Below are positions 24,889 to 47,237 of a DNA stretch of 64,000 bases, one piece after another. Both the position numbers and the translations under genes were made by a program. The notes under the pieces were generated by a model. It had not been told where the DNA came from, did no database searches, and was given only the letters and a program-made list of their open reading frames with translations. The stretch is from NCBI RefSeq assembly GCF_009914755.1, contig NC_060940.1, one strand, 5' to 3'. The stretch is from the human T2T-CHM13v2.0 reference genome, Homo sapiens. The stretch's first letter is position 1; each line of letters begins with the position of its first letter.

Positions 24889-25359
24889 CGGCGGGCGCCG
24901 GGCTGTCCGGGCAGCTGCCTGCTCGGGCGCGTGGCGGGGTACTACCCGTCTCGTGGACGGTCGGGCCTGGGGGTGGGACCTCCGTGACCTTGGATCGCGT
25001 TGTCAAGGGCGACGGGCCTTGCGCGCGGAGGTGGGGGAGGTGGCCCCGCCGCCCCCGGCCCACGCTGGCCGGCTGCGCCTAGCTGTGCGCATTCCTGGAA
25101 TGGGGCGGATGTCAGTATCCACGCGAGGGTGTGGAGGCGACGCTGGGGAAGAAGCAGTTCCCGTGTCTGCGACCTTTGTGAATCCCGGCCATCCGTCTAG
25201 GCCGCTGCAAGTCTCTTGCAAACCAAGACTGGACAAAAAGCTAAAGCGAATGAGGAAGGGGATTCCAGGCTTGACTGGCTACTACTCCAAAACCTGAACC
25301 CAGTGACCAATACCACCAGGAAAACTGCGGTTATTCGTTTATTCCACTTCTCTTGTCCT

Positions 25360-27669
<2,310 letters not shown>

Positions 27670-27881
27670 CTAACATTTGGTCCAGACCCAGCTGCAGCCT
27701 CATAATGCCGATTTCCCGGCACCTCCTCAGTCCCGGAGTGGGGCCCAGGCGGCTCCACTGAGGTTCCCAGGTAATTCGGAGGCACACTGAAGATTCACTG
27801 CCACACTCTAATAACTGTACAAAAATAGCGACTCCAGCTCGTGGCACGTGCTGCAGAGAAGCACAGGAGCCAGGAGAGTGA

Positions 27882-32255
<4,374 letters not shown>

Positions 32256-32349
32256 CCGCATCTGCAATCCTATAATGACGAGCCGTTGAGCTAACTGTAA
32301 GTCATTAGCCAATCTGAACCATCTTTGAATCCAAGTAGTTTTACCATCT

Positions 32350-32355
32350 TTTATT
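32350..32355 (-). terminator. CREBBP: Distal polyadenylation signal of CREBBP
   Basis: Plus tttatt = AATAAA on minus, with upstream TGTA at 32428-32431. Confidence 0.75.
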
Positions 32356-34092
32356 ATAAACACCATCACATTTCAAGTTTCCTCTTTTTGATCACAAATA
32401 TAGGACTTTTTCTTCTCCTCTTAAGTATACAGCATGAGACACAGCGTTGGGGCTTTCCAGGTTTCTTACAGAAATTTCCTTACGACAAACTTAGGGTTAG
32501 CATCCACAGACCATGCTCTCGGTCACATCCTTCGACATCTGGATTGCCCAAGACGGTTGCACAGGATGCAGACTCCAAAGAGGATGAGGTTGGTACATAA
32601 CGTTTTGAATTCCAGGATAACCTGAAACAGAGGCCCCTCCACTGCCCACATTAAAAGGCTGCACAACCAGGAGGGCGCCACTTTCTGAGTGTGGGCTTAG
32701 AGCTGCTGCTCTCGGGCTCTAGCCCCACTTCTTGTTTGAACACATGGCTCAAGGTTTCCCTACGGGTGGAAAAGATGAAGAGGACACTGGAGGTTAAGAA
32801 CCCAGCAGGCCAAGCAGTGGCAGCAATCTCCACCGGAGGCCCGGCCTGTGCTTCCCCTCCTGGGATGGGGTGAATGGGGGCTGGTCAGGGGTGCCAGATG
32901 GTGGTCTTATTTTTACTTGAATTATTCTGCATTTTATAACTCAAGGTTCAAAGCTCTGTGCTAAAACTAGATCGGACCTTTCCAATTTCTTAGAAAGGTT
33001 CCTCGAATTCAGATTCCCAAACCAAGTATTCAGCTATTTAAAACCTATCTGTGAATGTAAGGGCCCAAACGGAAGCTATTTGGGGCGTGATTTCTAAAAT
33101 TACCATCACCCCCACCTAGACCAGCCTTTGTTGGGGGACTAGGGATAAAGTGGGTTCTCTGGGTGCTGGGGGTGGTAGACTTAGGGGATGAACTTCAGCT
33201 CCCCTGCCCATGGTCCTCCTCTCAGTTTTACGGTTTTTGTGAACTTGTCTCACCCACTCAGTAAGGGAGCCTGGAACTGGACTCCAAGGGAGGCAGGACC
33301 ATGTGGCTAAGTGCAAGTATCCCCCGAAGTGGGGGACCTTTCTCACTGTAACAGGGACCGGAGCTGGTGCTCCAAGGTGTCTGTCCCTCAGCATTTCCTC
33401 AAACGCCACACGGGACATGCTGCGCGGCAGCGGCAGGATTTGGGGGGAAGTCAGAAAGCACCTCGCGAGCCTGGAGCACTCTCTGCCTCAGATTCTGGGA
33501 GTCGTGTACGGGGGGGGGGAGCCGCCTGAACACGGGAAGAAGCGCCGCCTCTGGGGGTGGCAGCTACGACGGACAGGGAGGATGGAGGAGTGGGCCAAAT
33601 GCAGTTTCAGACCAACTGACGACCCTAACTGTGTGAGCGACAATCACCTGTGAGCCTCGAATGTGTGGGGCCAACGCTGAGCCGCCCACCTCAGTCTCCG
33701 GGAAGAAAAGCCTCCGGGCGGCCGCTAAGCCTGGGCCACAGTTCCCAGCCACCACCCACGCCGCCACAACCACAACCGCAGCCCCAGCCTCTCCGCTATG
33801 AGCGAACAACCAGAACCATGTCTTACAAAGAACAGACTCAAAAAATATATATAAATAAATAAAAACCTTAAACATTCTTACAGGGATCTTAAAGAACAGA
33901 ATACATGTTAAAAACCTCAGTAATTTATATCAATTTTAAGCGGTACTTTATATACAATGGGGAAAAAACACATGCATAGTCCAAATACAATGTTGAAAAC
34001 AGCATTTTCATAACAAAAAACCCCGAACACTAAGTGTTAATACCATGTACATGAATTCAAGAAGGACCACCCTTTTTGTCTGTTGCACACAG

Positions 34093-34098
34093 TTTATT
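34093..34098 (-). terminator. CREBBP: Candidate proximal polyadenylation signal of CREBBP
   Basis: AATAAA on minus ~880 nt after the stop, followed by GU/U-rich gtgttcggggttttttgtt. Confidence 0.55.
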
Positions 34099-34974
34099 TA
34101 ACAATATGATATAAGAAATGAGTTGGTATTTTACCATTCTATACAGTGATTGAATCTTCTCGAGTTTCGTATTTATAGGAATTAGAGCGCTTGCATGATT
34201 TACACTAGAATTGCTTTTCCTCATTTCAAGTTTCACATAGAAGAAAGAAAAGAAGGCTTCTTCTCTAGTAACATTAGCATGGTCTAAGAGTGATCATCCC
34301 TATTTTTTGTCTAAAACCAGTTTTATCAGAGAAACAAAGCAACAATTTCTACATCTGCAAGACAAGTTTGGCTTCAGCCATTATGTATAGATAGATGTGT
34401 GTGGGTGTGTACGTGTGTGCACGCCGGAGTCAATTCCTATCATCCAGGGTAATACTGGGAGACGCCCACAGAGTTCACTATAGAAAAAAATCTTCCCGAA
34501 ACATCACAAAGTTATCGGGATACATTATAAGCTTGCATTATTTCAGGAATCAGTTCTGAATATTATTTTTCTTCTTACTTTTAAACATAAATGTTTAAAG
34601 TCTTGAAAATACAAATAAAAAATATGAATATAATGAACTTGTTTTTCCCGTTAAAAAAAGGCATGAGTCACCAGCAATGACGACAAAAAGAATCCAAACA
34701 AAACCCCCCTCCCCCCAAACAAAAACAAAACGGAAAAAAAAGAACCCCCCCCACCCCCCCGCCAAAAAAAAACCAAAGAGAGAGACCAGATATTTAAATC
34801 AACTGGTTTTTAACAAAAAAATATATTCTTTGTATTGTTTCTTTAAACATCAATCCACCCTTCCATGGCTCGGAAGTCGCAGTTCCATCTAGGAATAAAA
34901 AGAACCTAGATGCCTGGATTTTCAGTACAAAAGGTCCAAGAACATGAAAGGGAAAAGGTGATGCTCTCACAATG

Positions 34975-37161
<2,187 letters not shown>

Positions 37162-37228
37162 TCAGCATGGGACCCAGTACCACCAGGCATCCTGGCTGCT
37201 TCCCTCCACCGCTAAGTCTGGGTCTGTG

Positions 37229-37381
37229 CCAGGAGACCCAGGCAGGATAGGAGACCCAGACAGGATGCGAGCACGGACAGGTGGGAGACCCGGACAGGGC
37301 GGGAGCACGGACAAGATGGGATCATGGACGGGATGGGATCATGGACAACATGGGATCATGGACAGGACGGGGGCATGGACT
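37229..37381. repeat. Degenerate 17-18 bp minisatellite (~9 units)
   Basis: ggagacccagacaggat grading into ggatcatggacaggacg units. Confidence 0.8.
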
Positions 37382-38448
37382 GCCTATGTGTTGCTCCCAA
37401 GGACCTTCACTCCTGGCAACAGCCCTGAAGGCTCAAAGATAACCTGACCCATGCCCCAAGAACCCCTGGCCTGTAAGCTCACGGACAGTAGACACCAGCC
37501 CCCTTCCTTCCGACTTCCTCTGACCTGGGAGTCACATCAGCCCTTGCCACAGCCTGTCCAACTCCTGTACTCAAACTATGAAGCCAGACAGTGAAAGGCT
37601 GAGGGAGGCCGGTCCCTCCCAAAGCGCCGACAGCTGCCGTGAAGTGCCTCTGGGAAGGCCTGAGCTATCCGCAGTGCACCAGTGGGACTTCCCCAACGCG
37701 CAAGCCCAAGTTACTGAAAACTGCTCGCACCTGGCAACCTGATGGAGCCCTAGGACCAGGTACCATGACTGTGTTCACAAAAAGATATGAAAACTGCCGC
37801 ATTCAGAAACTAGAAAGAGGACAAAGGAGACTGGAGAAAGGTGGAAAGCGGAAGAAGTGTGTGAAGGTGGGGAGGGAAGAAAGGCCCTCGCTCTGCTGAG
37901 GACCCGCTCTGCCCCGCTACAGACACCACAGCAAGTGAGGAGGCTCCGGGTTGGCAGGTGATGGTGACTGTCCTGGGAGGGGGATGGTGGGATCTGTCAC
38001 CTGCCTGCCCTGCACAGCCTGACTCGGCCCATGCAAGGGACACCCACGTCATTTCACAGGGGGGTCAAAATTCCTAGAGGGGAGTGAGGGAGCATGACCG
38101 GGGGGTCCTTCAGGAACAAGTGGCCAGAGGGGCCCAAGCTGCCAACAGGACAGCGGGTGTTTCCAGCCATTTAGCAAGACTAGAACTGGGCACAGACAGG
38201 CCAGACTTCCCAGCAGAGCCTCCCTCTGGCCGTCCCCAGGGTCAGGCCTGTGGCTGTGGCTACACAGAGCAGGTTTAGGAAACACACACACAGCAACGCC
38301 TTCTGCCTTGTGACGCTGTCCTAGTTCTGGAGGAGTCAGTGCAGCCACCATCAGGTACAGACACCAACCCGGGCACCCATGCAAAGGGACAGGATGCTTC
38401 GTCAGACCCCAGGCCGGCTGTGGGGGTGGGGGTGGGGGCAGGGCCTAC

Positions 38449-38730
38449 CTCGCACACAGTGCAGTGCCAGCGCGTCTCCACGTGGTGCTTGCACTCGTTG
38501 CAGGTGTAGACAAAGCGGTCCTGGCCCTGGGTGTGCAGCTCCACCAGCATGCAGAGCGTGGACCACTTGGAGCGGCGCAAGGAGGAGAACTCCCAGTGCT
38601 TGTCTCTGGCGAGGGTGAGGAAGGCGTCGCGCCCATCCATGAGGTCACAGCTGAGCAGGGGGTCGGGGTCGACGATGGGGGGCAGGGTGTTGATGACAGG
38701 CCCAGCGTGCAGGTGGATCACGAAGAAGAC
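38449..38730 (-). CDS. CREBBP: CREBBP exon 30 (end of KAT domain, start of ZZ)
   Basis: ctgcag|GTC...GAG|gtaggc; 282 nt; VFFVIHLHAG...CDLMDGRDAFLTLARDKHWEFSSLRRSKWST...RWHCTVCE. Confidence 0.98.
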
Positions 38731-39032
38731 CTGCAGGAGAGGAGGGGCTTTAGTCCCACACAAGGGACATGGCACCTCCAGTGGTGAGCTCAGGGCAGGC
38801 GCAGCCACCCAGCCTGCAGAATAGGCAGGTGGCTGAGCCTGATGGCCCTGATGCCTTGGGATGGAACAAAATTGGTGACACGTTGCATGATGTCACCCAA
38901 CTGGTCCACTTGGTTTCCTGGGGGCCACTTCCCTCCCACCACAGACCTGCACACGGGCCCACGCCCGCCAGCTGCGAGTCTTTCCCTCCTCCCGGCCAGA
39001 GGCACGGCTGCAGCACCGCAGCCCACGCCTAC

Positions 39033-39194
39033 CTCCTTGTGCTTCTCCATGGTGGCATACAGCTTCTGGGACAGGTCATTGGACACGTTGGGCATGCTGG
39101 GCTTCTTCTTGTTGGCGCGGCTGATGCTGCTTTTGTTCTTGTTGGTTTTCTTGTTGTTCTTCTTCTTGGCATTCTTGCTGTCGCCCTGACTGCC
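39033..39194 (-). CDS. CREBBP: CREBBP exon 29 (Lys-rich autoinhibitory loop)
   Basis: ttgcag|GGC...GAG|gtaggc; 162 nt; GSQGDSKNAKKKNNKKTNKNKSS...LYATMEKHKE. Confidence 0.98.
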
Positions 39195-39976
39195 CTGCAA
39201 CAACACGCAAGGCTGTGAGACCAGGCAAGTGCCCCTCCACACTTGGCACGGACGCCCAGCTCCCAGGCCGTGGGCATCAGGAAGCTCAGGCCAAAGTAGG
39301 TCACCACCAGGCAGACCCCATACGTGAACGGCTACAGGTGGCTGTAGGTGCTGCAGCCTTCGGGACAGAGCAGGGCCTGTCCTCGGCCAGGCTGGTGTCA
39401 TTATCAGCTTTATGCCACGCTGCCTCTAAAGGGGAAAAGAGACCCAGAGTGCGAGTTCAGAAATTAACAAATGAGGGCAGTGGGGGCTGTTTCCACTGTG
39501 CCACAACCAGATGCGGAAGATTCCACGTCACAACTGTGGTCAGCAGCTGTCTGCCTTGAGGAAGGCTCTACACACCCGAGAAAGCATGAGAGCTTCCAGG
39601 AGACAGGAAAGCTGCTGATGGGAAAAGCAGCTGCCCCATCAAGAGCAGGGACTCTGAGGCCCCTGCGGGGTCCACTCAAGGCCCACGGAGAGCAGGCTGG
39701 CTCCCTGCTGGGGCCATCAGTGCTGCGCCTGACTGGCTGAAGGTGGGCTTGCTCTCAGCCCACAGGCTCCTCCTCTGGAAAGAACGCAGGATTACCACTC
39801 ACTTACACTTTAACAGAGAGCTTTATTTTTTTTGAGAGACGGAGTTTTGCTCTTGTTGCCAGGCTGGAGTGCAGTGGTGTCATCTTGGGTTCAAGTGATT
39901 CTCCTGCCTCAGCCTCCTGGGTAGCTGGGATTATAGGCACCCGCCACCATGCCCGGCTACCTATCATTTTTTTTGA

Positions 39977-40072
<96 letters not shown>

Positions 40073-40431
40073 TGAACCTCCCTAGTAGCTGAGATTATAG
40101 GTGCTGCCACCACACCCAGCTAATTTTTGTATTTTTAGTAGAGATGGGGTTTCACCATGTTGGTCAGGCTGGCCTTGAACTCCGGACCTCGGGTGATCCG
40201 CCCGCCTGAGCCTCCCAAAGTGCTGAGATTACAGGCATGAGCCACCGTGCCCAGCCAGAGAGTTTCATTTTTAACAAGATGAGAGAGACTCTTGGTGTTC
40301 AAAGAGAGGGGTCAGTCCAGAGAGAATTCAACAATCCAGCCGGGCGGGGTGGCTCACACCTGTAATCCCAGCACTTTGGAAGGCCAAGGCAGGCGGATCT
40401 CGAGGTCAGGAAATCAAGACCAACCTGGCTA

Positions 40432-40755
<324 letters not shown>

Positions 40756-40821
40756 TTAACAATAATGCATCAACATCAACAAATGGCTCACCGTGGCAGC
40801 AAATGTGCCACACTAAGGTAA

Positions 40822-41925
<1,104 letters not shown>

Positions 41926-43292
41926 TAGGGCGTAAACCCACGCCACCCCCTGCCCGCGCCTCCTCTGTCCTGCGAATGACACTCTGGGGCGCCGTCCAGC
42001 AGGTGGCTGCCTCTCAACCACCTGTGCAGTGAGCACGAGTGTGTGTGGCGGAAGCGGCCCAGGCCCCACGCTCCGCCTACAGCCCATCCGGCACCCACCT
42101 CACAGACGTGCTCTCATATGGGACAGGCACCAGAGTGGCAGTATGTCCCCAGCCGGCTCCCGGCTGCCTCACCCATGGCAGCAGCCCACGCAAGAGCCAC
42201 CTCCATTCACCGCTTTTCCTCACTGGTCACAATCGCCTGTCCCAAGTTCTGGGGCTGCAGCCTTCAACGTTCGTCATCGCTCTCCCTGCACCTACAGCTA
42301 CAGCCCACACCCACGCCACCATCATCTCTTCCCCAGACAGCCGCACAAACCCGCACACAGCGCGCCTCCTCCCACCGCCTGGCGGGTCCTCTTCCAGCAC
42401 CTTCCTGTGGTGGGCGGGTCTGGCCCACACGCCACCTCCCCAAGGCTCCTTCCCCTTCAGAGCTCTGCCACGCTCAGAGCACACCATGCTTGGGTCTGGG
42501 TTCTTTTTGTTTCACATCCTACCAGGACACAGCCACTCCCTTGGGGGCGGAGATGGGGTTTTGTTTGTTCTGAAACGGAGTCTCGCACTGTCTCCTGGGC
42601 TGGAGTGCAACGGCGCAATCTAGGCTCACTGCAACCTCCGCCTCCCGGGTTCAAGCGATTCTCCTGCCTCAACCTCCCTCGTAGCTGGGATTACAGGTGC
42701 CCCCTCCCACAACCGGCTAAATTTTTGTATTTTTAGTAGAGATGGGGTTTCACTGTGTTAGCCAGGCTGGTCTCCCTTTCCTGACCTTGTGATCCGCCTG
42801 CCTCGGCCTCCCAAAGTGCGGGGTTACAGGTGTGAGCCACCGCGCCTGGCCAGGGATGGGGTTTTGTTTGGCTCAGTCTGCACTGCCTGGCACTCAGGGG
42901 CAGCGCCAAGGAGAGAGGGCAGCAGGGCATGAGCATCATGTGCAGAGTGGCCACCAAACACGGAATAAGGCCTGGCAACCCTGTGCCTCCTCGACTCACT
43001 TTTTACATCAGCGGGTTGTGTCCTGACTGCCCCATGTCCCATTTTCTGTCTTCCTCTCTTCCCTCTCCGAGTCTAAGTGGACCCCCAGCTCCCCAGAGCA
43101 TCCACTGTGCAGAGAGTGCAGAGCCCACACTGCTGCCCACCAACGCCCTGTGCTGCAGGTGGTGTCGACGTGCATGTGTGAACGGAGACACCACCACAGG
43201 AAGGACCTAACAGTCGACACGCGCCTCCCAGCCTGCCACCCTGCAGCTCCAGCGGGACACGTGGGCAATGGAGCTCAGAGAAGGGTCTGTAC

Positions 43293-43460
43293 CTCAGTGG
43301 TTTCACTGGCTGCAGTGCTCTCTTCCTTTTTCCTCTCCTCTTCTTCTTGTTCTAGTTCCTTAATGCTCTCTTCTAACACATTGGGCCAGAAATCACCTTC
43401 AAAATAGGGCAGTTCCTTGGCACTGGTGAGCCTGTCTTCAGTTGCTTGTTTGAAAATATC
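43293..43460 (-). CDS. CREBBP: CREBBP exon 28 (KAT)
   Basis: actcag|GAT...GAG|gtacag; 168 nt; DIFKQATEDRLTSAKELPYFEGDFWPNVLEESIKELEQEEEERKKEESTAASETTE. Confidence 0.98.
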
Positions 43461-43490
43461 CTGAGTGGGCAAAGCACAACAGTGAGATGA

Positions 43491-43660
43491 GGGCCATGCA
43501 CGCGTGCCCCCCACCATGGTGCGACAGACCCCCACGCAAGCGTGCCCCTCACCATGGTGTGGCAGAGTCCCATGCATGTGTGCCCCCCCACCACAGTGCA
43601 GCAGACCCCCACACATGTGCACCCCCCACCACAGTGCTGGAGCCCCTATGTGTGCAACAG
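43491..43660. repeat. Degenerate ~38 bp minisatellite (~4.5 units)
   Basis: Repeats of ccca(c/t)gcatgcgtgccccccacca(tg/ca)gtgcggcagac-like units. Confidence 0.8.
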
Positions 43661-43906
43661 TGATGCACAGGCCCCAATGCCCACTGATGGAAACAGCTCC
43701 AACTGTGCTGCTCTCAGACGGCCAGGGGAAAGCCTCAATCAGCTGAAGAAAATGCTTCTAAGTTCTCACTTTAGGCTTTTATTTTTCTGCTTTCTAATCC
43801 TCATAAGTGAAGGTAATTAACAAGTATGCGAATGCAAGAAAAAGGCACACAAATATCCTCCCCTCAGTTGTGACAAAAGCCACCACCTTCCTTCAGCGCC
43901 GGGTAC

Positions 43907-44072
43907 CTTGTAGTCATGGATGATCCGCTCTGCAAACGCCTTGTCCAGCATCTTTTTGTACCACTCCTGCAGTCGTTTTGGCTTGGGTATTTTTTGATCA
44001 GGTGGGTGGCAATGGAAGATGTAATCATCTCCTTCACTTGGAGGACAGGCCCAGATGTGCCCTGTCACATAC
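43907..44072 (-). CDS. CREBBP: CREBBP exon 27 (KAT catalytic core)
   Basis: ctgcag|G...AAG|gtaccc; 166 nt; YVTGHIWACPPSEGDDYIFHCHPPDQKIPKPKRLQEWYKKMLDKAFAERIIHDYK. Confidence 0.98.
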
Positions 44073-45815
44073 CTGCAGGACCCACGCACACACGTCAGAT
44101 GAACGTGCCAGTGAAATCGGCCCTGCCTTTAAGGAGTTATAGCAGAGGAGCAAGGACTAAAGCCAGGACAGAAGTAACCAGAGAGAGAGAATGAATGCCC
44201 ACAAAGCTGGGTGTGGTGGGGGCAAGGCTCGAACTTTATCCTGAGCAAATGCAAGCCTGCAAATTAGCCCTGCAACACTTCTCCCTTGGGGTGCACACAC
44301 AGGGCAGGGCCGAGGCTGCAAAAGAAACCTGAGGCCTCATTAAAGAACCAGGGAATATGATGGCTCATCAAGGCAATGCCATCCCCTTCCTCCTGTGCAC
44401 TGTAAAGGCAGTTCGGTTGACTATTTTTCTCCAAGGGTCAATGTCAACATAAACCTCATTCATTCTGTTCAAGACACTTTGATCAAATGCCCCTATCCTT
44501 TTCAAGTTTCAGAAGGGAATGGGGCAGGTCTAGAGTACAGAAACCAAGGGCTAGAGAAGGAAGCCAGACCCAAGACAGCATACGCTGCAGGGTTCCGTTT
44601 ACACAAAGGATTCACAAAAGACAAATTCAGAGAGACAAAGTAGATTAGTGGTCGCCTGGGGCAGGGAAGGTTTAACAGCAAGGGGCAGGAGGAACATTTT
44701 TTTTCTTTTTTCTTTTTTTTTTTTTGCGGGCGGGGGGCAGAGTTTCATTGTTGTTGCCCAGGGTGGAGTGCAATGGCATGATCTCGACTCAGCGCATCCT
44801 CTGTCTCCCTGGTTCGAGTGGCTCTCCTGCCCCCACCTCCTGAGGAGCTGGGATTACGCTAGGCACCCGCCACCACGCCTGGCTCATTTTTTGTATTTTT
44901 AGTACAGACAGGGTTTCACCATGTTGGTCAGGCTGGTCTTGAACTCCTGATCTCAGGTGATCCACCTGCCTTGGCCTCCCAAAGTACTAGGATTACAGAC
45001 TAGGTGAGCCAATTTTTTTTTGTATTTTTCTTTTTTTCTTTTCTTTCTTTTTTCTTTTTTTGAGATGGAGTCTTGCTCTGTCGCCCAGGCTGGAGTGCAG
45101 TGGCACAATCTCAGCTCACTGCAACCCCCCGCCTCCTGGATTCAAGGAATTCTCCTGCCTCAGCCTCTTGAGTAGCTGGGATTACAGGCTCATGCTACTA
45201 TGCCCGGCTAACTTTTGTATTTTTAGTAGAGACAGGGTTTCACCATGTTGGTCAGGCTGGTCTCAAACTCCTGACCTTGTGATCCGCCCGCCTCGGCCTC
45301 CCAAAGTGCTGAGATTACAGGTGTGAGCCACCGCGCCCGGCCTTTTTTTTAATTTTTAGTAGAGATGGGGTTTCACCATGTTGGTCAGGCTGGTCTTGAA
45401 CTCCTGACTTCAGGTGATCCACCGCAGCAGGAGGGATCTTATAGGTCAATAACAATGTTCTGAAACTGACTTGTGATAGTTGCACTAATGGGTAAAGTTA
45501 CTAAAAACCACTGAATCATATATCCAAAAAAGGGGAATTCTATGATATGTAAACTTTGCCTCAATAAAGTTAAAAAAAAAAAAAAAGGGAATGAAAAGGA
45601 AGTAAAGGTAGGGAAAGAGCTTGCTACGTGCCCAGGAGCCAGACCTGTGAGGCTCGGGGAGCACCTGGAAAGAGGAGCTTTGGAGATTCTGAATTGATCT
45701 TAGGATGGAAAAATAAAAACGCATAAAACTTAAAATACCCATTATTTCACGGAATAAACATACAGTAAAAAATAAAGGGTTCTTACTAGTTCCAAATAAT
45801 TTAATCCAAACTCAC

Positions 45816-45929
45816 CCTAATTTCTTCACATACTCTAAATATCCAATAAGGATCTCATGGTAAACGGCTGTGCGGAGGCAACGTGGCCGGAAGAAATGAA
45901 TACTATCCAGATAAGAAATGTACACACGC
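45816..45929 (-). CDS. CREBBP: CREBBP exon 26 (KAT)
   Basis: ccacag|G...AGG|gtgagt; 114 nt; [38 protein letters not shown]. Confidence 0.97.
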
Positions 45930-46834
45930 CTGTGGGAAGGAGGCACATGTTTAACTCAGGGTATCCCTCAAATCTGAAATCAAACACAAGCAACAAACAA
46001 CACCCTGGAAGTTTACTTTTTAGACAGGGTCTTGCTCTGTCATTCAGGCTGCAATGCGGTGACGCGGTCACAGCTCACTGCAACCTCAACCTCATGGGCT
46101 CAAGCAATCCTCCTGCCTCAGACTCCCACATAGTTAGGATGACAAGGCATGTACCATCATGCCCAGATAATTTATTTTTTGTAGAGCTAGGGTCTCACTT
46201 TGTTGTTCAGACTTGTCTCAGACTCCTGTGGTCCAGTTATCCTCCCACCTCGGCCTCCCACAGTGCTGTGATTGGCCAGTTTTTCTTTTGATGGTATTTA
46301 CACTGGCCACCAAACAGGATGTGATAAACAAACAAACAAACCAAAACCCAAAAACCAACCAGTCACCAACCCTGCTGCCAATCAGTTAAATGGAATTCAG
46401 TTTTCGTCACTGAACAAAAGGATGAATGGCACCACTCGGCACAGAGAGCCACAGTTAAGGCAAACTGAGAAAAGCCACTTTTAGTTCCTTCTTGCCCAGA
46501 TTCCTGACTGCACATGAAGCCCTCGTGGCAGAGCTACTTCCTCTGTTCAGGTGCCAGGCTGTCCCATCCCAACTCCCCAGGTTTACCTGCGTTAGGTAAG
46601 AGCGGGTCCCACACAGACTCGCCACACAAAACACGCTCACTGCAGTCATCTCAACAGTTCATTTCCCGCTAGTTTAATGGAAAACAAAACTAACTACTTT
46701 GGTTAGTTAATTGTGGTTTCATTTACTTTAATCCCCTATGAAGGCTCACAGGCTCCTCTGGGACACTTAAGAGCCCTGGTCTATCCTAACACGGCTCACT
46801 GAATGACACGCCCTGGAAGGAGCTGGAAAACTAC

Positions 46835-46981
46835 CTCGTGTTTGGAGGGGGGCAATCAGAGCCGTATTCTTGGACGTGCATTCCAAAAAAGCAGACATCC
46901 ACGCCGTCAATTTCCTCAAAAGCAAACAGAGCTTTGGTTCGATATGGGAAAGATTCAGACATTTCCCCAGAATCCACAAAC
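46835..46981 (-). CDS. CREBBP: CREBBP exon 25 (KAT)
   Basis: tttcag|G...GAG|gtagtt; 147 nt; [49 protein letters not shown]. Confidence 0.97.
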
Positions 46982-47237
46982 CTGAAACAAAAGCCAGAGC
47001 CGGACATTTACAAAGGCTGTTGCTGACAAGGTGCTTCTGCACACCAGGCCTGCTCCTCTAACTCTGGCCACTGCAGATGAGCGGAGGCATGGCCACCTCC
47101 TCAGACCGTGGCCTGGAGTCCTCCCTATGGGCCAGTCAGCCCCGGAGCAGGGAGCACTTGCTTTCTGACCAGTTTCCCTCACTAGGGAACTGCACCTCTG
47201 TGAATGAAATACGGGATTCTGAGGAGGACTGGCTATA

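Larger units (their letters stand above)
24150..25200. promoter_or_regulatory. TRAP1: CpG island / TRAP1 promoter
   Basis: Very GC- and CpG-rich block spanning exon 1; GC boxes GGGGCGGG at 24832-24839 and 24852-24860 and GGGGCGG at 24874-24880; no obvious TATA. Confidence 0.92.
32320..34974 (-). other. CREBBP: CREBBP 3'UTR (~2.6 kb; 3' end approximate)
   Basis: Sequence free of interspersed repeats between the stop codon and a minus-strand AATAAA at 32350-32355; an Alu block begins just beyond. Confidence 0.85.

Noticed and set aside
24298-25297. Many overlapping ORFs on both strands
   Set aside because: Stop-poor CpG island; only 24691-24778 has coding support.
32660-33565. CTCF-like motifs in the distal 3'UTR
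   Set aside because: Multiple mismatches to the core consensus; cannot be supported without a PWM scan or ChIP data.
39186-39194. Downstream CAG 9 nt into exon 29 that could delete GSQ
   Set aside because: Only a sequence possibility; the proximal AG is favoured and I have no evidence of use.
42029-42736. Three overlapping 176-235 aa ORFs
   Set aside because: C-rich intronic sequence running into an Alu; no splice or homology support.
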